A DNA stretch of 64,000 bases from Candidatus Thorarchaeota archaeon (GCA_048884965.1 JBHLQH010000009.1:66496-130495); one strand, 5' to 3'; shown: positions 28,555-39,246, numbered from the stretch's first letter. Program-made: numbers and translations. The notes: a model not told the origin generated them from the letters alone.

Positions 28555-29712
28555 CTATGTGCAATCTCGTTCCAATTTAGTGTCTTTCTCGATGATAATC
28601 TCGATAGAACTTTTCCGCTCTTGAAGCCCGTTCTCTAGATCTCGATTGCTAAAGTAGAATATCACGAAGGAAATTATTGCCATAATGGCTGCAAAAAAGA
28701 TGATGGTGTAGTAGTCACCACCTAGAGTGAACAACACAGCTGCATAGATTGGACCCAACACCCCAGATATTGAGAGCATGGACTGGAGCAGTCCTGATGC
28801 TGTTGCACGCTCCGCATTCCGTTCTGTGACATACTTGAGAGCGCCAACATAGAGGCACGCCCATGAGAATCCGAGCAGGACCTGGGCAGGGAAGACTTCC
28901 CAGATTGTTCGGGCGAGTCCTATCCAGATGAATGTGGCAGAGGAAGCAATGAGTCCTGTAGCAAAGAGCTTGGTATATTCGAATCGATCCGTGATTGCAA
29001 GCATGAAGATTACTTGAGACAGAGAGTTCGTAGCTTGAATGAGACCTATAGTAACAAGGTCTCCCCCAAGATTCGAGAGGATGAGAGGCCAGTAGGTCCA
29101 TACTGCGAAAGCACTGCTGTGTCGAATAAAGACCGCCAGATACACAGGGTAGTTCTTCCTGAAGGTTTCGACTGGAAAGAGCGGGACCTTGATTGGTGTT
29201 ACCTGTATCTTTGGGAGGGTGAATGCGCTCGCGAATGCCAACAGGAAGAATAGGGCAGACACCAAGAACGCGTAGTAGATATTGAAACCAGCTGCGTACC
29301 CAGCTAATACCGTACCAACTCCCCATCCAAGTGCCCCGAATGATGCAAAGCGACCCATCTTCATCTTCGATTCGTATGCATAGGCTGCAAGAGCACCTGG
29401 GTAGATGCCTATTGAGAACCCATTCAGGACTCTTACGATGAAGAGAATCTCCAATGTACTAGAAACTAGAAGCAGTCCAAAGCTTAGTGTAGACAGGAAT
29501 ATTCCAATCCGCAGGATGATGCGCCTACCATAGATATCTCCAGCTCGACCAAAGATGTAGCTAGAGAAAAATGATGCAGTTGCGTAGGCTGATACCATGA
29601 TTGCGATGAACAGATCATCAGCACCGAGATGATCCTGTGCAAGTATTGGGATGTACGTGACCGCTGAAAGAATTGCGGCACCTGCCATTGTTTGAATGAC
29701 TTCGGTTCTCAC
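28555..29712 (-). CDS. MFS transporter
   Basis: Motif A FGRAGDIYGRR; about 12 TMs. Confidence 0.9.
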   Translation of the reverse strand: MRTEVIQTMAGAAILSAVTYIPILAQDHLGADDLFIAIMVSAYATASFFSSYIFGRAGDIYGRRIILRIGIFLSTLSFGLLLVSSTLEILFIVRVLNGFSIGIYPGALAAYAYESKMKMGRFASFGALGWGVGTVLAGYAAGFNIYYAFLVSALFFLLAFASAFTLPKIQVTPIKVPLFPVETFRKNYPVYLAVFIRHSSAFAVWTYWPLILSNLGGDLVTIGLIQATNSLSQVIFMLAITDRFEYTKLFATGLIASSATFIWIGLARTIWEVFPAQVLLGFSWACLYVGALKYVTERNAERATASGLLQSMLSISGVLGPIYAAVLFTLGGDYYTIIFFAAIMAIISFVIFYFSNRDLENGLQERKSSIEIIIEKDTKLERDCT

Positions 29713-29846
29713 GTTCGGTTCCCGTTATTTTGCCAATCTCTCCATCATATTAAGAGTCTGGTCGGTACAACACCGTGGCACATGTGACAAACCTTTTTTC
29801 CCTTCAAATGCTATAAGACACAGACTAAAACTGGAGTTCGTATAAG

Positions 29847-30227
29847 ATGGTTTCACCAAAGGTCAAGTTTATCGCCATAACGGTTGACGAGTTAATATTA
29901 GTACCACTAGCAATAGTGTTCGTGTTCTATTTCCTACCTGATTACTTCTTTGCAAGTATCATTATTGGGATTCTTGGCTCAGCGGTGTTCGTTGCCATCA
30001 AGTACTGGCTGGTATATCCTCAACTTCTAGATACATCATATGCATTCTATGGTCTTGAAGGCATTGTTGGAACTGTCAAAGTGACTGTAACTCCCCAATC
30101 AGGGAAGATCACTGTGGGACAGGAACTTTGGGACGCACGCTGCGATGTGGGCGAGATCGCACCTGGCACCAAGGTCAGAGTAATCGCACGAGATAGTATG
30201 CTGGTCCGAGTGACTCCCGAAGGATAA
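29847..30227 (+). CDS. NfeD-family protein
   Basis: Two TMs plus an OB-fold C-domain (G..G.V, G.I.V..ELW.A, I..G..V.V). Confidence 0.85.
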   Translation: MVSPKVKFIAITVDELILVPLAIVFVFYFLPDYFFASIIIGILGSAVFVAIKYWLVYPQLLDTSYAFYGLEGIVGTVKVTVTPQSGKITVGQELWDARCDVGEIAPGTKVRVIARDSMLVRVTPEG

Positions 30228-30234
30228 CCCGTTC

Positions 30235-31275
30235 TTATTCTCCGAGGAGAAAACTGAAGACCAAATCAATGACATTCTCTACATCAGAAGGATCAATGCA
30301 TTCAAAGCTGCTATGAGTATATCTACAGGGGATTCCTACTGTGGAAACAGGTTGTCCCTGAGCAGCAATTCGAAATCCATCTGTTGCATAGTGATGATAC
30401 ACCGCTCTCTGGATTCGGATATGTTTCTTACTTGCGACTTCAAAGAGCCTTTTATTGAGTTTGTGCGAATACACTAATTGACTGTCCTTTACTACAATAA
30501 CTGGACCCTTTCCCAGACTTACAGATGCTTCGCCATGAGTACCAGGATAGTCATCTGCCAGTCCCACTTCTAGGACTATGACCCCTTCCACATCAATATC
30601 TTTAGCAACTGACTCTACTCCTCTGGCTCCAATCTCTTCCATGACCGTCGAAACGAAGGTCACAGTTGGTCTTCTGTCCTTCGGAGTCATCGATAGTCTT
30701 TCAGCCAGAGTGATCATCACTGCAAGTCCAATTCTATCATCAAAGGACTTGCCCATGAGATTCCTTCCTATTTTCTCAAGCGGAGCTGCATATATCACAG
30801 GTGTTCCAATGTGTATCCCTAAAGCTTCCACCTCTTGTGCGGACTGAACGCCTAAGTCTATGAACACCTCATCCCAAGTAGGGATCATCTTCTTCTTCTT
30901 AGGACCTGCGATGTGAGCTGTTTGCACACAGAAGCATCCAGGTATGAGTCCGGTTTCTGTCATAAGCAGTACCCATTGCCCTGGAAGCAACCGCATATCT
31001 GGCATATGACCTTGGGTGCTCCACTTTGCTTTCAGAAATCCATTGTCATCAATATTGCTCACAAAGAATCCTACCTCATCCGCATGTGCAACTATAGCAT
31101 AGTGTGTGTCAGTACCTTCTAGGGTAGCCACCAGATTTCCTATTTTGTCAGAGGATATATCGCTACAATAATCCTTCAGACGATCTCTCATGAATTCTTG
31201 AACCATTTCCTCTCTTCCCACTGGTCCTGGTATTGCCGTAAGTTCCTTCAGTAGCTCGAATATTCGTTCTGACAA
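30235..31275 (-). CDS. M42-family (TET-like) aminopeptidase
   Basis: PGPVGRE, AHADEVG, KSFDDR, MEEIG.RG, PCRYTHS..E. Confidence 0.93.
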   Translation of the reverse strand: MSERIFELLKELTAIPGPVGREEMVQEFMRDRLKDYCSDISSDKIGNLVATLEGTDTHYAIVAHADEVGFFVSNIDDNGFLKAKWSTQGHMPDMRLLPGQWVLLMTETGLIPGCFCVQTAHIAGPKKKKMIPTWDEVFIDLGVQSAQEVEALGIHIGTPVIYAAPLEKIGRNLMGKSFDDRIGLAVMITLAERLSMTPKDRRPTVTFVSTVMEEIGARGVESVAKDIDVEGVIVLEVGLADDYPGTHGEASVSLGKGPVIVVKDSQLVYSHKLNKRLFEVASKKHIRIQRAVYHHYATDGFRIAAQGQPVSTVGIPCRYTHSSFECIDPSDVENVIDLVFSFLLGE

Positions 31276-31382
31276 TCTGATTTCCTCATCACTTTCAAGG
31301 AAACTGACTCAGATAAGGGATTTCTTTCAGTCGGAATGCTTTAGTGCCACTCAGAATTTCCTATCTTGGCTGGTACAAAGGT

Positions 31383-32360
31383 ATGATAATCACTGTGACA
31401 ACAGTCATCATCCTGGTGTTAGGGATGCTTTCTATTGCACTATCTATGTATGGTGGTTTTGTATCATCTCAAATCATCGATAGATATGAAGAAGGGCCAA
31501 CCAGTCAAGCTGTTGAGCGAAAATACTACCTTTTGGGGATGATAGGCACTATTGTACTCCTTACTCGAATTCTAATTGTTCCGATTTACTTCTGGATGTT
31601 ACAATCCTTGGTCCCATATTGTCCCGGTGCGATGTGTGCATCAGGAGTAGTCAATGTCAGTGAGCCCTATTCTTTCATTAGCCTGATTCTCAAGATACTG
31701 CTTCCCTTCGTCTATGGGATTTGGTTGCTTGTTGAGATTGCTAATCGGCGAGACCCCACCCTTCCCTTCACTCGAACACTCACTATGACCTTTCTAGTTA
31801 TCCTTCTCCCACTATTAGTCATCGACTCTGCTGCAGATGTTCTTCTGACGGCAACAATTCAACCGGTCTTCGCTCCCTGTTGCTCAAGTATCTACGATGT
31901 AGATCCTCCTTTTTCACCATCCGCCGTCCTTGGACCCGAAGTAGGTATAGTCATTCTGGCTGCGACTGTGCTTGTTTCATTGAGTTTGAGTGCGTTCCAG
32001 TGGCTTGAATCCAAGTATGGACCTTTAAGATACCTGACCCTTTTGCTTGCTATAGCGGCCTCAATTCTGTACTTCATCACACTTCATGATACCTTAGCTC
32101 CATTAGCCCTTGGCCTTCCGAATCATCATTGCCCCTTTTGCCTATTTCAGGAATTTCCAGACACTGCTCTTTTCGCTGGATTATTCTGGATTGGCATTGC
32201 AAGTGCGTGTTGGAGGGTGATACTTGAGCTATCTTGGGAAAGAAGAGGCCTTGAAAGCAGAGTCAATATCAACACCATCTCCATACTACGGAAGATATCA
32301 TCAGTGTTCTTGCTCTTCAGTATCGTTAGCCTCATCTCTCACGTTCTCATAGCTGTTTAG
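31383..32360 (+). CDS. Cys/His-motif multi-pass membrane protein
   Basis: CPGAMCA, PCCSSIY and HHCPFC motifs between TMs; start moved to ATG 31383. Confidence 0.75.
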   Translation: MIITVTTVIILVLGMLSIALSMYGGFVSSQIIDRYEEGPTSQAVERKYYLLGMIGTIVLLTRILIVPIYFWMLQSLVPYCPGAMCASGVVNVSEPYSFISLILKILLPFVYGIWLLVEIANRRDPTLPFTRTLTMTFLVILLPLLVIDSAADVLLTATIQPVFAPCCSSIYDVDPPFSPSAVLGPEVGIVILAATVLVSLSLSAFQWLESKYGPLRYLTLLLAIAASILYFITLHDTLAPLALGLPNHHCPFCLFQEFPDTALFAGLFWIGIASACWRVILELSWERRGLESRVNINTISILRKISSVFLLFSIVSLISHVLIAV

Positions 32361-33826
32361 GACCTTCGTCGGAGAACGAAGAAGATCACCACTACAGCAA
32401 TAGATGCAATCAGGACCACCACGATAATCGTCAGGGTGGTCTGGTCCATAGGTACAGGGATATCTGATTCAAAGACTCCATGTGCATAGAAGATATCCAT
32501 CTCATCGTTCCTACCATCACTCCATACGACATGAGGTCTATCATTTTGATCCAGTCTAATGGTAAAATAGTCGCCTGGTCGAGTGAATGTACTGGAGGTT
32601 GATACCTCTGCAATGGAAATGGGATCACTGAATTCGGGGGAATCATCCTCCTCGTCACTGAATGTAGCAGTGAGATAGAAGGGTCTGTATTCTTCAAAGG
32701 ATTCATCATAGTATACGATATGCAGATTCCCCTCCGAGTCGATGTCCATATCAGGTTGCCACTGATCACCTATTGTTTGGGGATTCACCTGAAACCTTTC
32801 TGACCAAGTATCACCTTCATCTAGGGAGACTCGCATATAGATATCAAATGAGTGCGCTGTTGGATCGAATGTGTCAGCCCACAGGAGTATCAATCTTCCT
32901 TGCTGATCGAATCTGATGACGGGCAGAGTGGATTTTGCTGGTCTGCCATCAACACTAGTGAATTTGGAGAAATTCCCATCCATGTTGATAATCTTGGGTG
33001 TATCGAAGGTTTCTCCCATATCCGTACTCTTTGCGATATACAAATTCCCCGTATATGTTTCATCAACCCAAGTCCAAGCGACAAACAAATGTCCTTCCTC
33101 ATTGAGCGTGGCATATGGTCCTAGATGTCCTGGATCTGGCCAACCAATGACGCCAACTTCTTCGAATGTTAGACCTCCGTTTGTTGATCGGGACACTCTG
33201 ATTGTTACATTGCCTTCAGCGCTCGAAGTATCTGCGTCATCATATACTACATAGATAGTGCCATCCTCTGCAATGACCATCGTTTCCTTGTCAGCAAAGT
33301 AATCGTTGTAGGATGCTTTGACAGGAATCCATCCGCCACTATAGTTCTCCATTCGTGCGACAGTCATCTGCGTGAAATCCGTGTCAGTTAGAGAGTATTC
33401 CAAATATGCATAGAACAATGTGTCCTCATACCAGACCAACCATGGATCTGATTGCCTTGTAGGCTCTTCTCCAAAGTAGTCTATGTTGTACGGATCCGTC
33501 CATGTGGTCCCTCCATCGACCGATTTGGCAACACTTACTCGAGCTCCTCCTCCATTATGGGTTTCCGAATTCTTCCATCCTGCAAATAGGGTCCCATTGT
33601 CTGAAACCGCAATTGTTGGCTCGACATGATGAGCATATGGCAAGTCCCTTGTTGATAGAAGCACATTCTCGGAGAACTCCGTGATATTGCGCCCTCCTTC
33701 TTGCGCAATATGATAGTACGTAGGCTTCCCCTCTTGACGTTCGATGCCACAAGAAATGGGAACCGTAGATAACATGAGCAGCAGAGTCAGAAATACTGCA
33801 AATCCGTTATATCTGTTCAATAACAT
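32357..33826 (-). CDS. BNR/Asp-box beta-propeller (sialidase-like) membrane-anchored protein
   Basis: Asp-boxes SVDGGTTW, STNGGLTF, STDMGETF and SLDEGDTW; signal peptide; C-terminal TM plus RRRS. Confidence 0.85.
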   Translation of the reverse strand: MLLNRYNGFAVFLTLLLMLSTVPISCGIERQEGKPTYYHIAQEGGRNITEFSENVLLSTRDLPYAHHVEPTIAVSDNGTLFAGWKNSETHNGGGARVSVAKSVDGGTTWTDPYNIDYFGEEPTRQSDPWLVWYEDTLFYAYLEYSLTDTDFTQMTVARMENYSGGWIPVKASYNDYFADKETMVIAEDGTIYVVYDDADTSSAEGNVTIRVSRSTNGGLTFEEVGVIGWPDPGHLGPYATLNEEGHLFVAWTWVDETYTGNLYIAKSTDMGETFDTPKIINMDGNFSKFTSVDGRPAKSTLPVIRFDQQGRLILLWADTFDPTAHSFDIYMRVSLDEGDTWSERFQVNPQTIGDQWQPDMDIDSEGNLHIVYYDESFEEYRPFYLTATFSDEEDDSPEFSDPISIAEVSTSSTFTRPGDYFTIRLDQNDRPHVVWSDGRNDEMDIFYAHGVFESDIPVPMDQTTLTIIVVVLIASIAVVVIFFVLRRRS

Positions 33827-33890
33827 CTCTCCTGTTCTAGACTCTGATTAATGTACAATGAGATGTATTGTATTTGCTGTTGGAGCAATG

Positions 33891-34571
33891 CTATCCAGCT
33901 ACTAATTCTCCATCTCTCAGAATGTAGTTATTATCAGCCCATTCCAGCACTCTTTTGTCATGTGATGCTACTATGACTGTAAGGCCCTCCTTCTCAGTCA
34001 TCAGTCGAAGGATGGAAAGCAAGTCCTCTGTTAGTGCATCATCAATGGAGCTGCTAGGTTCATCAGCAATTAGGATGCTTGGATTATTTATCAGAGCCCG
34101 AGCAATACTGACACGTTGTTGTTCTCCCCCACTAAGTTCAGCAATCCGAAAGTCAAGTCTATGCTCCATGCTAAGTTTGGTCAGCAAAGTCTCCGCCTTC
34201 TCTTCAGCCGCTTGACGTGTGGTATCTGTACATATAGTTGGGAGTGCGACATTCTCTATAGAGGTCATTTGAGGAAGAAGATACTGTGCTTGGAAGATGA
34301 ATCCGATCCTATCCCTGCGTATCCTTGTTCTATACACCTCGGAGAATCCTGACACTTCCTCCTCGCCGATATAGAGATGTCCTTTGCTAGGCTTTGTCAA
34401 CAATCCGATGACACTCAGGAGGGTTGATTTGCCCGACCCACTGACTCCTCCAATAGCAGTGACTTTCCCTTCTTCTATACTAAGTGTGATGTTTCTTAGA
34501 GCTTCAACGCTCTGTCCGCCCTTGCTGCTGAAGGTCTTGGATATGTCCTCTGTTCGAATAATCGAGCTCAT
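33891..34571 (-). CDS. LolD/MacB-type ABC ATP-binding protein
   Basis: GVSGSGKST, IGFIFQ, LSGGEQQRV, ADEP, SHD. Confidence 0.93.
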   Translation of the reverse strand: MSSIIRTEDISKTFSSKGGQSVEALRNITLSIEEGKVTAIGGVSGSGKSTLLSVIGLLTKPSKGHLYIGEEEVSGFSEVYRTRIRRDRIGFIFQAQYLLPQMTSIENVALPTICTDTTRQAAEEKAETLLTKLSMEHRLDFRIAELSGGEQQRVSIARALINNPSILIADEPSSSIDDALTEDLLSILRLMTEKEGLTVIVASHDKRVLEWADNNYILRDGELVAG

Positions 34572-34572
34572 C

Positions 34573-35787
34573 TCAGACCCCCCTCAGTACCACATCAGGT
34601 TCGGTAATCGCATTTTTCCAAGCGGGTACGACTGATGCTACCAGAATGGGTACGATAGCTATGACATACACCGTGAAGAGTACAGGTGCTGAAATTGCAA
34701 GTGGAATCTCCCAATTCAGAAGAAGCAGAGTCCACCCCAATAGGTACCCGGATAGAATAGGCGCTCCTAGAATATAATCGAATACAATTGCGCATGAGAT
34801 ACCAAGGCTGGCACTAAGAATGCCTAAGGTCAAGCTCTCGAACATGCGTATCTCGATGATATCTACAGTATCAAATCCCAGTGCCTTCAAGAGACCCACT
34901 TCTCGTCTTGCTTCATCCGATCCGGCACTGGACACAGTAAAAGCCACCATTACGCTAGTCAATAGTAATACTGCCCATAGTAATGACACAATACCAGATC
35001 TTCCACTGTAAGTCTTGAGAAGCTCATCGGTGATTCCCTCATTTGTAAGAATACGCGCATCGGCTAGAGATGTATCAAGTCTAAAGGCAACATCATTGAC
35101 GTTCGATCCTGATGTAGTCCATATGGCTAGGTCCGTACATGATAGATCGTCCACTCCGAATAGGTCACGAGCGCTATTCTGGTCTGTTAGTATGGTGTCA
35201 TAGCTATAGGCCTTCGATTGGCTACTGAATATCCCTATCACTTCAAACTCAATGAGGCTGCCATTGAAGGATATCAAAGAAATCGAAGTCCCAACATCAA
35301 TGGTCACTCTTGATACAGAGGCAGCCATCACATCGATGATTCCTTGCCCAATGACAATCTTTCGTGTATCACTTTCCTCAAGGAACCTACCATTCCCAAG
35401 GATATCCGTTCCAGTTACTCCTGCAATGGATCCATACTCAGTTGCGTTGATGCCTATTATGGTCATGAGAATCCCATTCCCAATGTCCGTATATCCCCAT
35501 ACTCTGGAAGTAACTAGATTCACTCCGGTTGTTGCAGAAACACTCTCAACCCAATCTATAGGCACATTGGTCTGTCTTCCGCCTATGAGTTTCTGTACAA
35601 TAATATCTGGTCCAGAATCCATTGATGCCGTGATATCAAGTACTACTCCTTCTCGGATGAACTCTGCTGAGCACAGCAGTGTCGTAGAGATAACTAATGC
35701 AGTGATGATAGCGACACTTCTTGTTCTGTATTTGAGAACATTCCCTAGCGCATAGCTTGCAAGATTACTGTGTTTTAGAAGCCCCAT
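34573..35787 (-). CDS. FtsX/MacB-type ABC permease
   Basis: N-terminal TM, extracellular domain, REVGLLKALG and three C-terminal TMs ending PAW.....P. Confidence 0.9.
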   Translation of the reverse strand: MGLLKHSNLASYALGNVLKYRTRSVAIITALVISTTLLCSAEFIREGVVLDITASMDSGPDIIVQKLIGGRQTNVPIDWVESVSATTGVNLVTSRVWGYTDIGNGILMTIIGINATEYGSIAGVTGTDILGNGRFLEESDTRKIVIGQGIIDVMAASVSRVTIDVGTSISLISFNGSLIEFEVIGIFSSQSKAYSYDTILTDQNSARDLFGVDDLSCTDLAIWTTSGSNVNDVAFRLDTSLADARILTNEGITDELLKTYSGRSGIVSLLWAVLLLTSVMVAFTVSSAGSDEARREVGLLKALGFDTVDIIEIRMFESLTLGILSASLGISCAIVFDYILGAPILSGYLLGWTLLLLNWEIPLAISAPVLFTVYVIAIVPILVASVVPAWKNAITEPDVVLRGV

Positions 35788-36157
35788 AAGATCGCCTACC
35801 TAGAAGCAAAACGATAGCAATTGGAATGGCACTCAATGCAATAGCAAGAACCAGAGGTCCTATTCTGAACGTCCAACCTGTTGATGTATCATTAATTTGC
35901 TGCAATGGGTTTCCTTCGTATATCGGATAGAGACCCGGCAGATTCTCTATGATGCCAATAGGGGATTCAAGAGCAGGAGCTCGTCCAAAGCTAGAATCTT
36001 GAATCACAGCTGGTCCCAACTCTGGGAAAAGCCAGCTTGGTCGCTCTATGACATCCTCACTCTGACCGAATATGAAGAGGGCATTGAATGTGATCGATGC
36101 CATGATAACTACTAGAAGCACCTTCTTTCTATTCATCATCATCGACCTCAAGACCAT
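35765..36157 (-). CDS. Small membrane protein, unknown function
   Basis: N- and C-terminal TMs; overlaps its neighbours in the operon. Confidence 0.65.
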   Translation of the reverse strand: MVLRSMMMNRKKVLLVVIMASITFNALFIFGQSEDVIERPSWLFPELGPAVIQDSSFGRAPALESPIGIIENLPGLYPIYEGNPLQQINDTSTGWTFRIGPLVLAIALSAIPIAIVLLLGRRSYGASKTQ

Positions 36158-36618
36158 ACATATGGGTTCTCTATGATGATGCCGCCATAAAGATCCATAA
36201 AGTGGCTCTCACATAGATCCTCATTCTCAATATCCTCGCAGAGCGGAACTATGGTCGGCTCGTTCGTGGTAGGATTGAGATAGCTTGGAGAGTAGACCCA
36301 GACAATCATGGTGTCATCCCACGCCATAAGCATACCACACATCGGACATCGCACATCAATTTCATCAAGTAGCTCTATCGTGCCTTTCTCCTTGAGTTCC
36401 TCGAAGGCGAGCAATGATACATTCACACAACAATAGAACGCACGTGTTCCATTGGCAAATGTGAATGTAACTTCATGTCCAATCCTTTCCTGTATCTCAA
36501 GTCCAGTAAGGGCACAGTAGTGATGGACAGGAATAGCCAGAGTTGTATAGGAGTAAATGCTGAACACACCAATGATTACAAGGACCACTTCTACTAGACG
36601 TTTTTGCTCAGCATTCAT
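36148..36618 (-). CDS. Membrane-anchored Cys-rich metal-binding protein (NosL/TRASH-like)
   Basis: N-terminal TM; HHYCALTG, FYCCV, CPMCGM and C...F...YGG resemble NosL-type motifs. Confidence 0.6.
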   Translation of the reverse strand: MNAEQKRLVEVVLVIIGVFSIYSYTTLAIPVHHYCALTGLEIQERIGHEVTFTFANGTRAFYCCVNVSLLAFEELKEKGTIELLDEIDVRCPMCGMLMAWDDTMIVWVYSPSYLNPTTNEPTIVPLCEDIENEDLCESHFMDLYGGIIIENPYVWS

Positions 36619-36639
36619 CAGGGCTTACACCTTGGTCTG

Positions 36640-36834
36640 CTATTGTGCTTCTAGGCTCTTATATGAACCAACGAGAGCCACAACTGCTATTATCGCTCCA
36701 AAAATGGTTTCGATATCCCGCGTGAAGTAGCAGCGCATCTCAGTCATGCACACCGGCGCAAAGGTCCAGGGTGCTAGAGCTACAAGAAGTCCGAGCACTA
36801 AGAGAATTAGATAGAGCATCGTATCAAATTTCAT
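36640..36834 (-). CDS. DUF4418-like small membrane protein
   Basis: TM, P...APVC...M.C.FT, TM. Confidence 0.65.
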   Translation of the reverse strand: MKFDTMLYLILLVLGLLVALAPWTFAPVCMTEMRCYFTRDIETIFGAIIAVVALVGSYKSLEAQ

Positions 36835-36850
36835 GTTCTACACCATCAAT

Positions 36851-37258
36851 CTAAGATTCAATCTGGATGCTGAAAACCTCAGTATCTGCTGAATTGAATG
36901 TCGGTGAGTCATCAAAGGCCGTGACATAGAATTCCCCCACATCCCCATCTTGAAGAGGTCCAAAGTTGGCAACCCATCGCCCTCCAGCAAGACAGAGACA
37001 TGCATAGAAATTCATATCCACACTCTGCCATTCCTCCCCATTGATAGAATAACTCAGCTTTGCATCTGATATGCCTGACGAATCGATGCAATAGATAACG
37101 ACACTAATAGTGTCTCCTGCGACCGGAGCGGATGGAAGCACGTCGATTTGATAGATCAACGGTCCTTCGACATCTTCAAAGACTGCCATCATAATGATGC
37201 CTGAGAGAAGTACCATGATGATTGCACCTATGCAGATGAGCTTGGTCTGAGCCTTCAC
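36851..37258 (-). CDS. Membrane-anchored Ig-like protein with CxC motif
   Basis: N-terminal TM; P.I..I...P, D.SGI....L.YS.NG..W....M; inserted ACLCLAG. Confidence 0.65.
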   Translation of the reverse strand: MKAQTKLICIGAIIMVLLSGIIMMAVFEDVEGPLIYQIDVLPSAPVAGDTISVVIYCIDSSGISDAKLSYSINGEEWQSVDMNFYACLCLAGGRWVANFGPLQDGDVGEFYVTAFDDSPTFNSADTEVFSIQIES

Positions 37259-37455
37259 GAGTTCACCATCCTACAGGTTTCAAGCGAAACACAAAGATTC
37301 GCGTCTATCTATTTAGTCTTTCTTGAAACTTAGATTCGGCTTTTCATCTTCTTGTTCGATCGGTCAAATAGTTTACGATACGTGACCCGATTATTGATTC
37401 CAATTACAGTTTCGAACCAAAGAAAAGGAACAATCTCAATAGGCGGACATTCGAT

Positions 37456-38556
37456 TCAAAGTCCAATCGATTTCAAGGGAGCATCCAGACAAAAGTCCTT
37501 ATCCACTCGCCAGTCAGACGTTTTCTGATCAAATGCCCCATGCCAAAGCCCATAGACATCAGAATGCTTGTAATCGATCATCAATAGTTCATAGCTATCA
37601 GATATCTGCCAAATCAATGAGATCATCTCCGAAAGATGAGCTGACGGCAACCGCGCTGACCATACAAAACCGCTAGGAGTCTGTCGGATGCTTGAACCAA
37701 ATGGGAATTCGCTATTTCGTAGATGCGTGATGAGCTTTCGAGTTGTATCTGCTTGAGCTTTTGCTATAACGAAGGCTGTGTTATAGACATCAAAATGAGT
37801 CCAGTTGATAAAGACGCGGTAGGACTCAACAAGTTCATCTTTGATTCTATTTAGACGCGTAGAGAAATCTTGCTGAACTCCCTTCGCATTGGGATCCAAG
37901 CCCATCGCCGTGATGATCTCAACATTCTTTCGTCGAGCATTCATTGTGATCTCCTGTAGTATCTTAGTATCGACTAAATCGAAATCGATTCGTTCATCAT
38001 CTGGCTTTTTGATGGGAGGAGTTTCACTATCATTCGGTGCCTTCGACCACCAATCCTGCCAGTCGAAGTCCCATATCATCTTCTCAGGAACCCAGTTATC
38101 AAGACGTGGTCTTGTATATGTAGAACCGTAGACAGCTCGAAGTGTAGGCAATTCTCTGATAGTTGTAATCATCTCAGCTTTCTTCATGCGATACAGTGCC
38201 TGCTCCAAATGCTTTCTCGCCGCGTCTGGTTGCCTGAATTGGAGAATCATGCCCTGAGTTTTTCCACCATACACCCGCGCACGATAGGACGTATATGGAT
38301 GCTCATTGCAGAATTTCTCGATGCTCTTCAAGGCATCGAAGGAACTGACTCCAACAAGGAAATCATCAATCTCAAGACCGAGTTTTCTAACTCGCAGATT
38401 CGCTTGGACACCATTATACACCTCATCCTTACTCAGGTCTTCTAACCATGCTCGTGCTGTGGGTGGAGTCACGCCTGCCTCTTCAGCGAGCTTGGCAGCT
38501 GGTGCTATTGGCTGCTCCTGAAGCGCGAACAGGAGCGCAAGCTTCTGGTCCCTCAC
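37456..38556 (-). CDS. Tandem Lrp/AsnC-like wHTH transcriptional regulator
   Basis: N-terminal HTH (P..KLAEEAGVTPPTARAWL..L) and a second FD.VD.KILQE...NAR repeat. Start moved to GTG 38556 because the longer call overlaps the upstream gene. Confidence 0.78.
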   Translation of the reverse strand: MRDQKLALLFALQEQPIAPAAKLAEEAGVTPPTARAWLEDLSKDEVYNGVQANLRVRKLGLEIDDFLVGVSSFDALKSIEKFCNEHPYTSYRARVYGGKTQGMILQFRQPDAARKHLEQALYRMKKAEMITTIRELPTLRAVYGSTYTRPRLDNWVPEKMIWDFDWQDWWSKAPNDSETPPIKKPDDERIDFDLVDTKILQEITMNARRKNVEIITAMGLDPNAKGVQQDFSTRLNRIKDELVESYRVFINWTHFDVYNTAFVIAKAQADTTRKLITHLRNSEFPFGSSIRQTPSGFVWSARLPSAHLSEMISLIWQISDSYELLMIDYKHSDVYGLWHGAFDQKTSDWRVDKDFCLDAPLKSIGL

Positions 38557-38576
38557 TAGGTTCTTACCTTCTTCCT

Positions 38577-39044
38577 TCAGAAGTACCCCACAACGCCTGG
38601 AATCCCTGAACCTGTGCTTGTTGGTGGATCGAAGATTACCGTGTCCGTGATGTAATACTTGCCTCCACCTGTACCCATCACTGAAGTGACCAAGTAGACT
38701 GTGTACCAACCTGATTCAATCGCCATATCAAAGCAATCCAGATTGAGTACAGAATCATTTGGTGCTCTCCATACTGAAACTCTGAAGTTGAATGTCAGTC
38801 CTGAAGGCAACTCTATCCAGATGTTCAGATCAATTCTGACAGGTTCAACTGTCGGGAATGAGAACTCGATTAAGAGCTTAATGTCATCCTCGTACCCATC
38901 ACCGTCAAGGTCTGCATAGTAAGCATCTAAAATGCCAACGTAATCGACATCTGCCACTCGAAGTTGACCTGCATCAACTGCTGGGACAGACATCAGGACA
39001 AGGAGTCCTGCAACGAGGATTAATGGAAACAATGCTTTCTTCAT
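38577..39044 (-). CDS. Secreted acidic protein with DxDxDG calcium-binding-like motif
   Basis: Signal peptide MKKALF...VDA; DLDGDGYED; GGTGGAG SD. Confidence 0.72.
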   Translation of the reverse strand: MKKALFPLILVAGLLVLMSVPAVDAGQLRVADVDYVGILDAYYADLDGDGYEDDIKLLIEFSFPTVEPVRIDLNIWIELPSGLTFNFRVSVWRAPNDSVLNLDCFDMAIESGWYTVYLVTSVMGTGGGKYYITDTVIFDPPTSTGSGIPGVVGYF

Positions 39045-39246
39045 GTACTCCACCGTCAACTTACAATGTCTTGAGATTCCAAACGCTTCTTATAAGTGTA
39101 CTTTCATTATAAAAGAAAACAAACCTTATAAAATACTTTCTTTTCTAGGCAGCTTTATTAGGAACGTTTGTACAGAAAAACTCGTTTCTCGTGCATACTC
39201 GCGATCCGTTGGTTGGGAGATTGAGAGACAAGTAGCGGTGAAAACC

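Noticed and set aside
38557-39246. Long N-terminal extensions of ORFs 37456..38709 and 39043..40077 (likewise 23565.., 52321..52836 and 56434..)
   Set aside because: The extensions overlap neighbouring genes or promoters; internal starts with SD sequences or signal peptides fit better.
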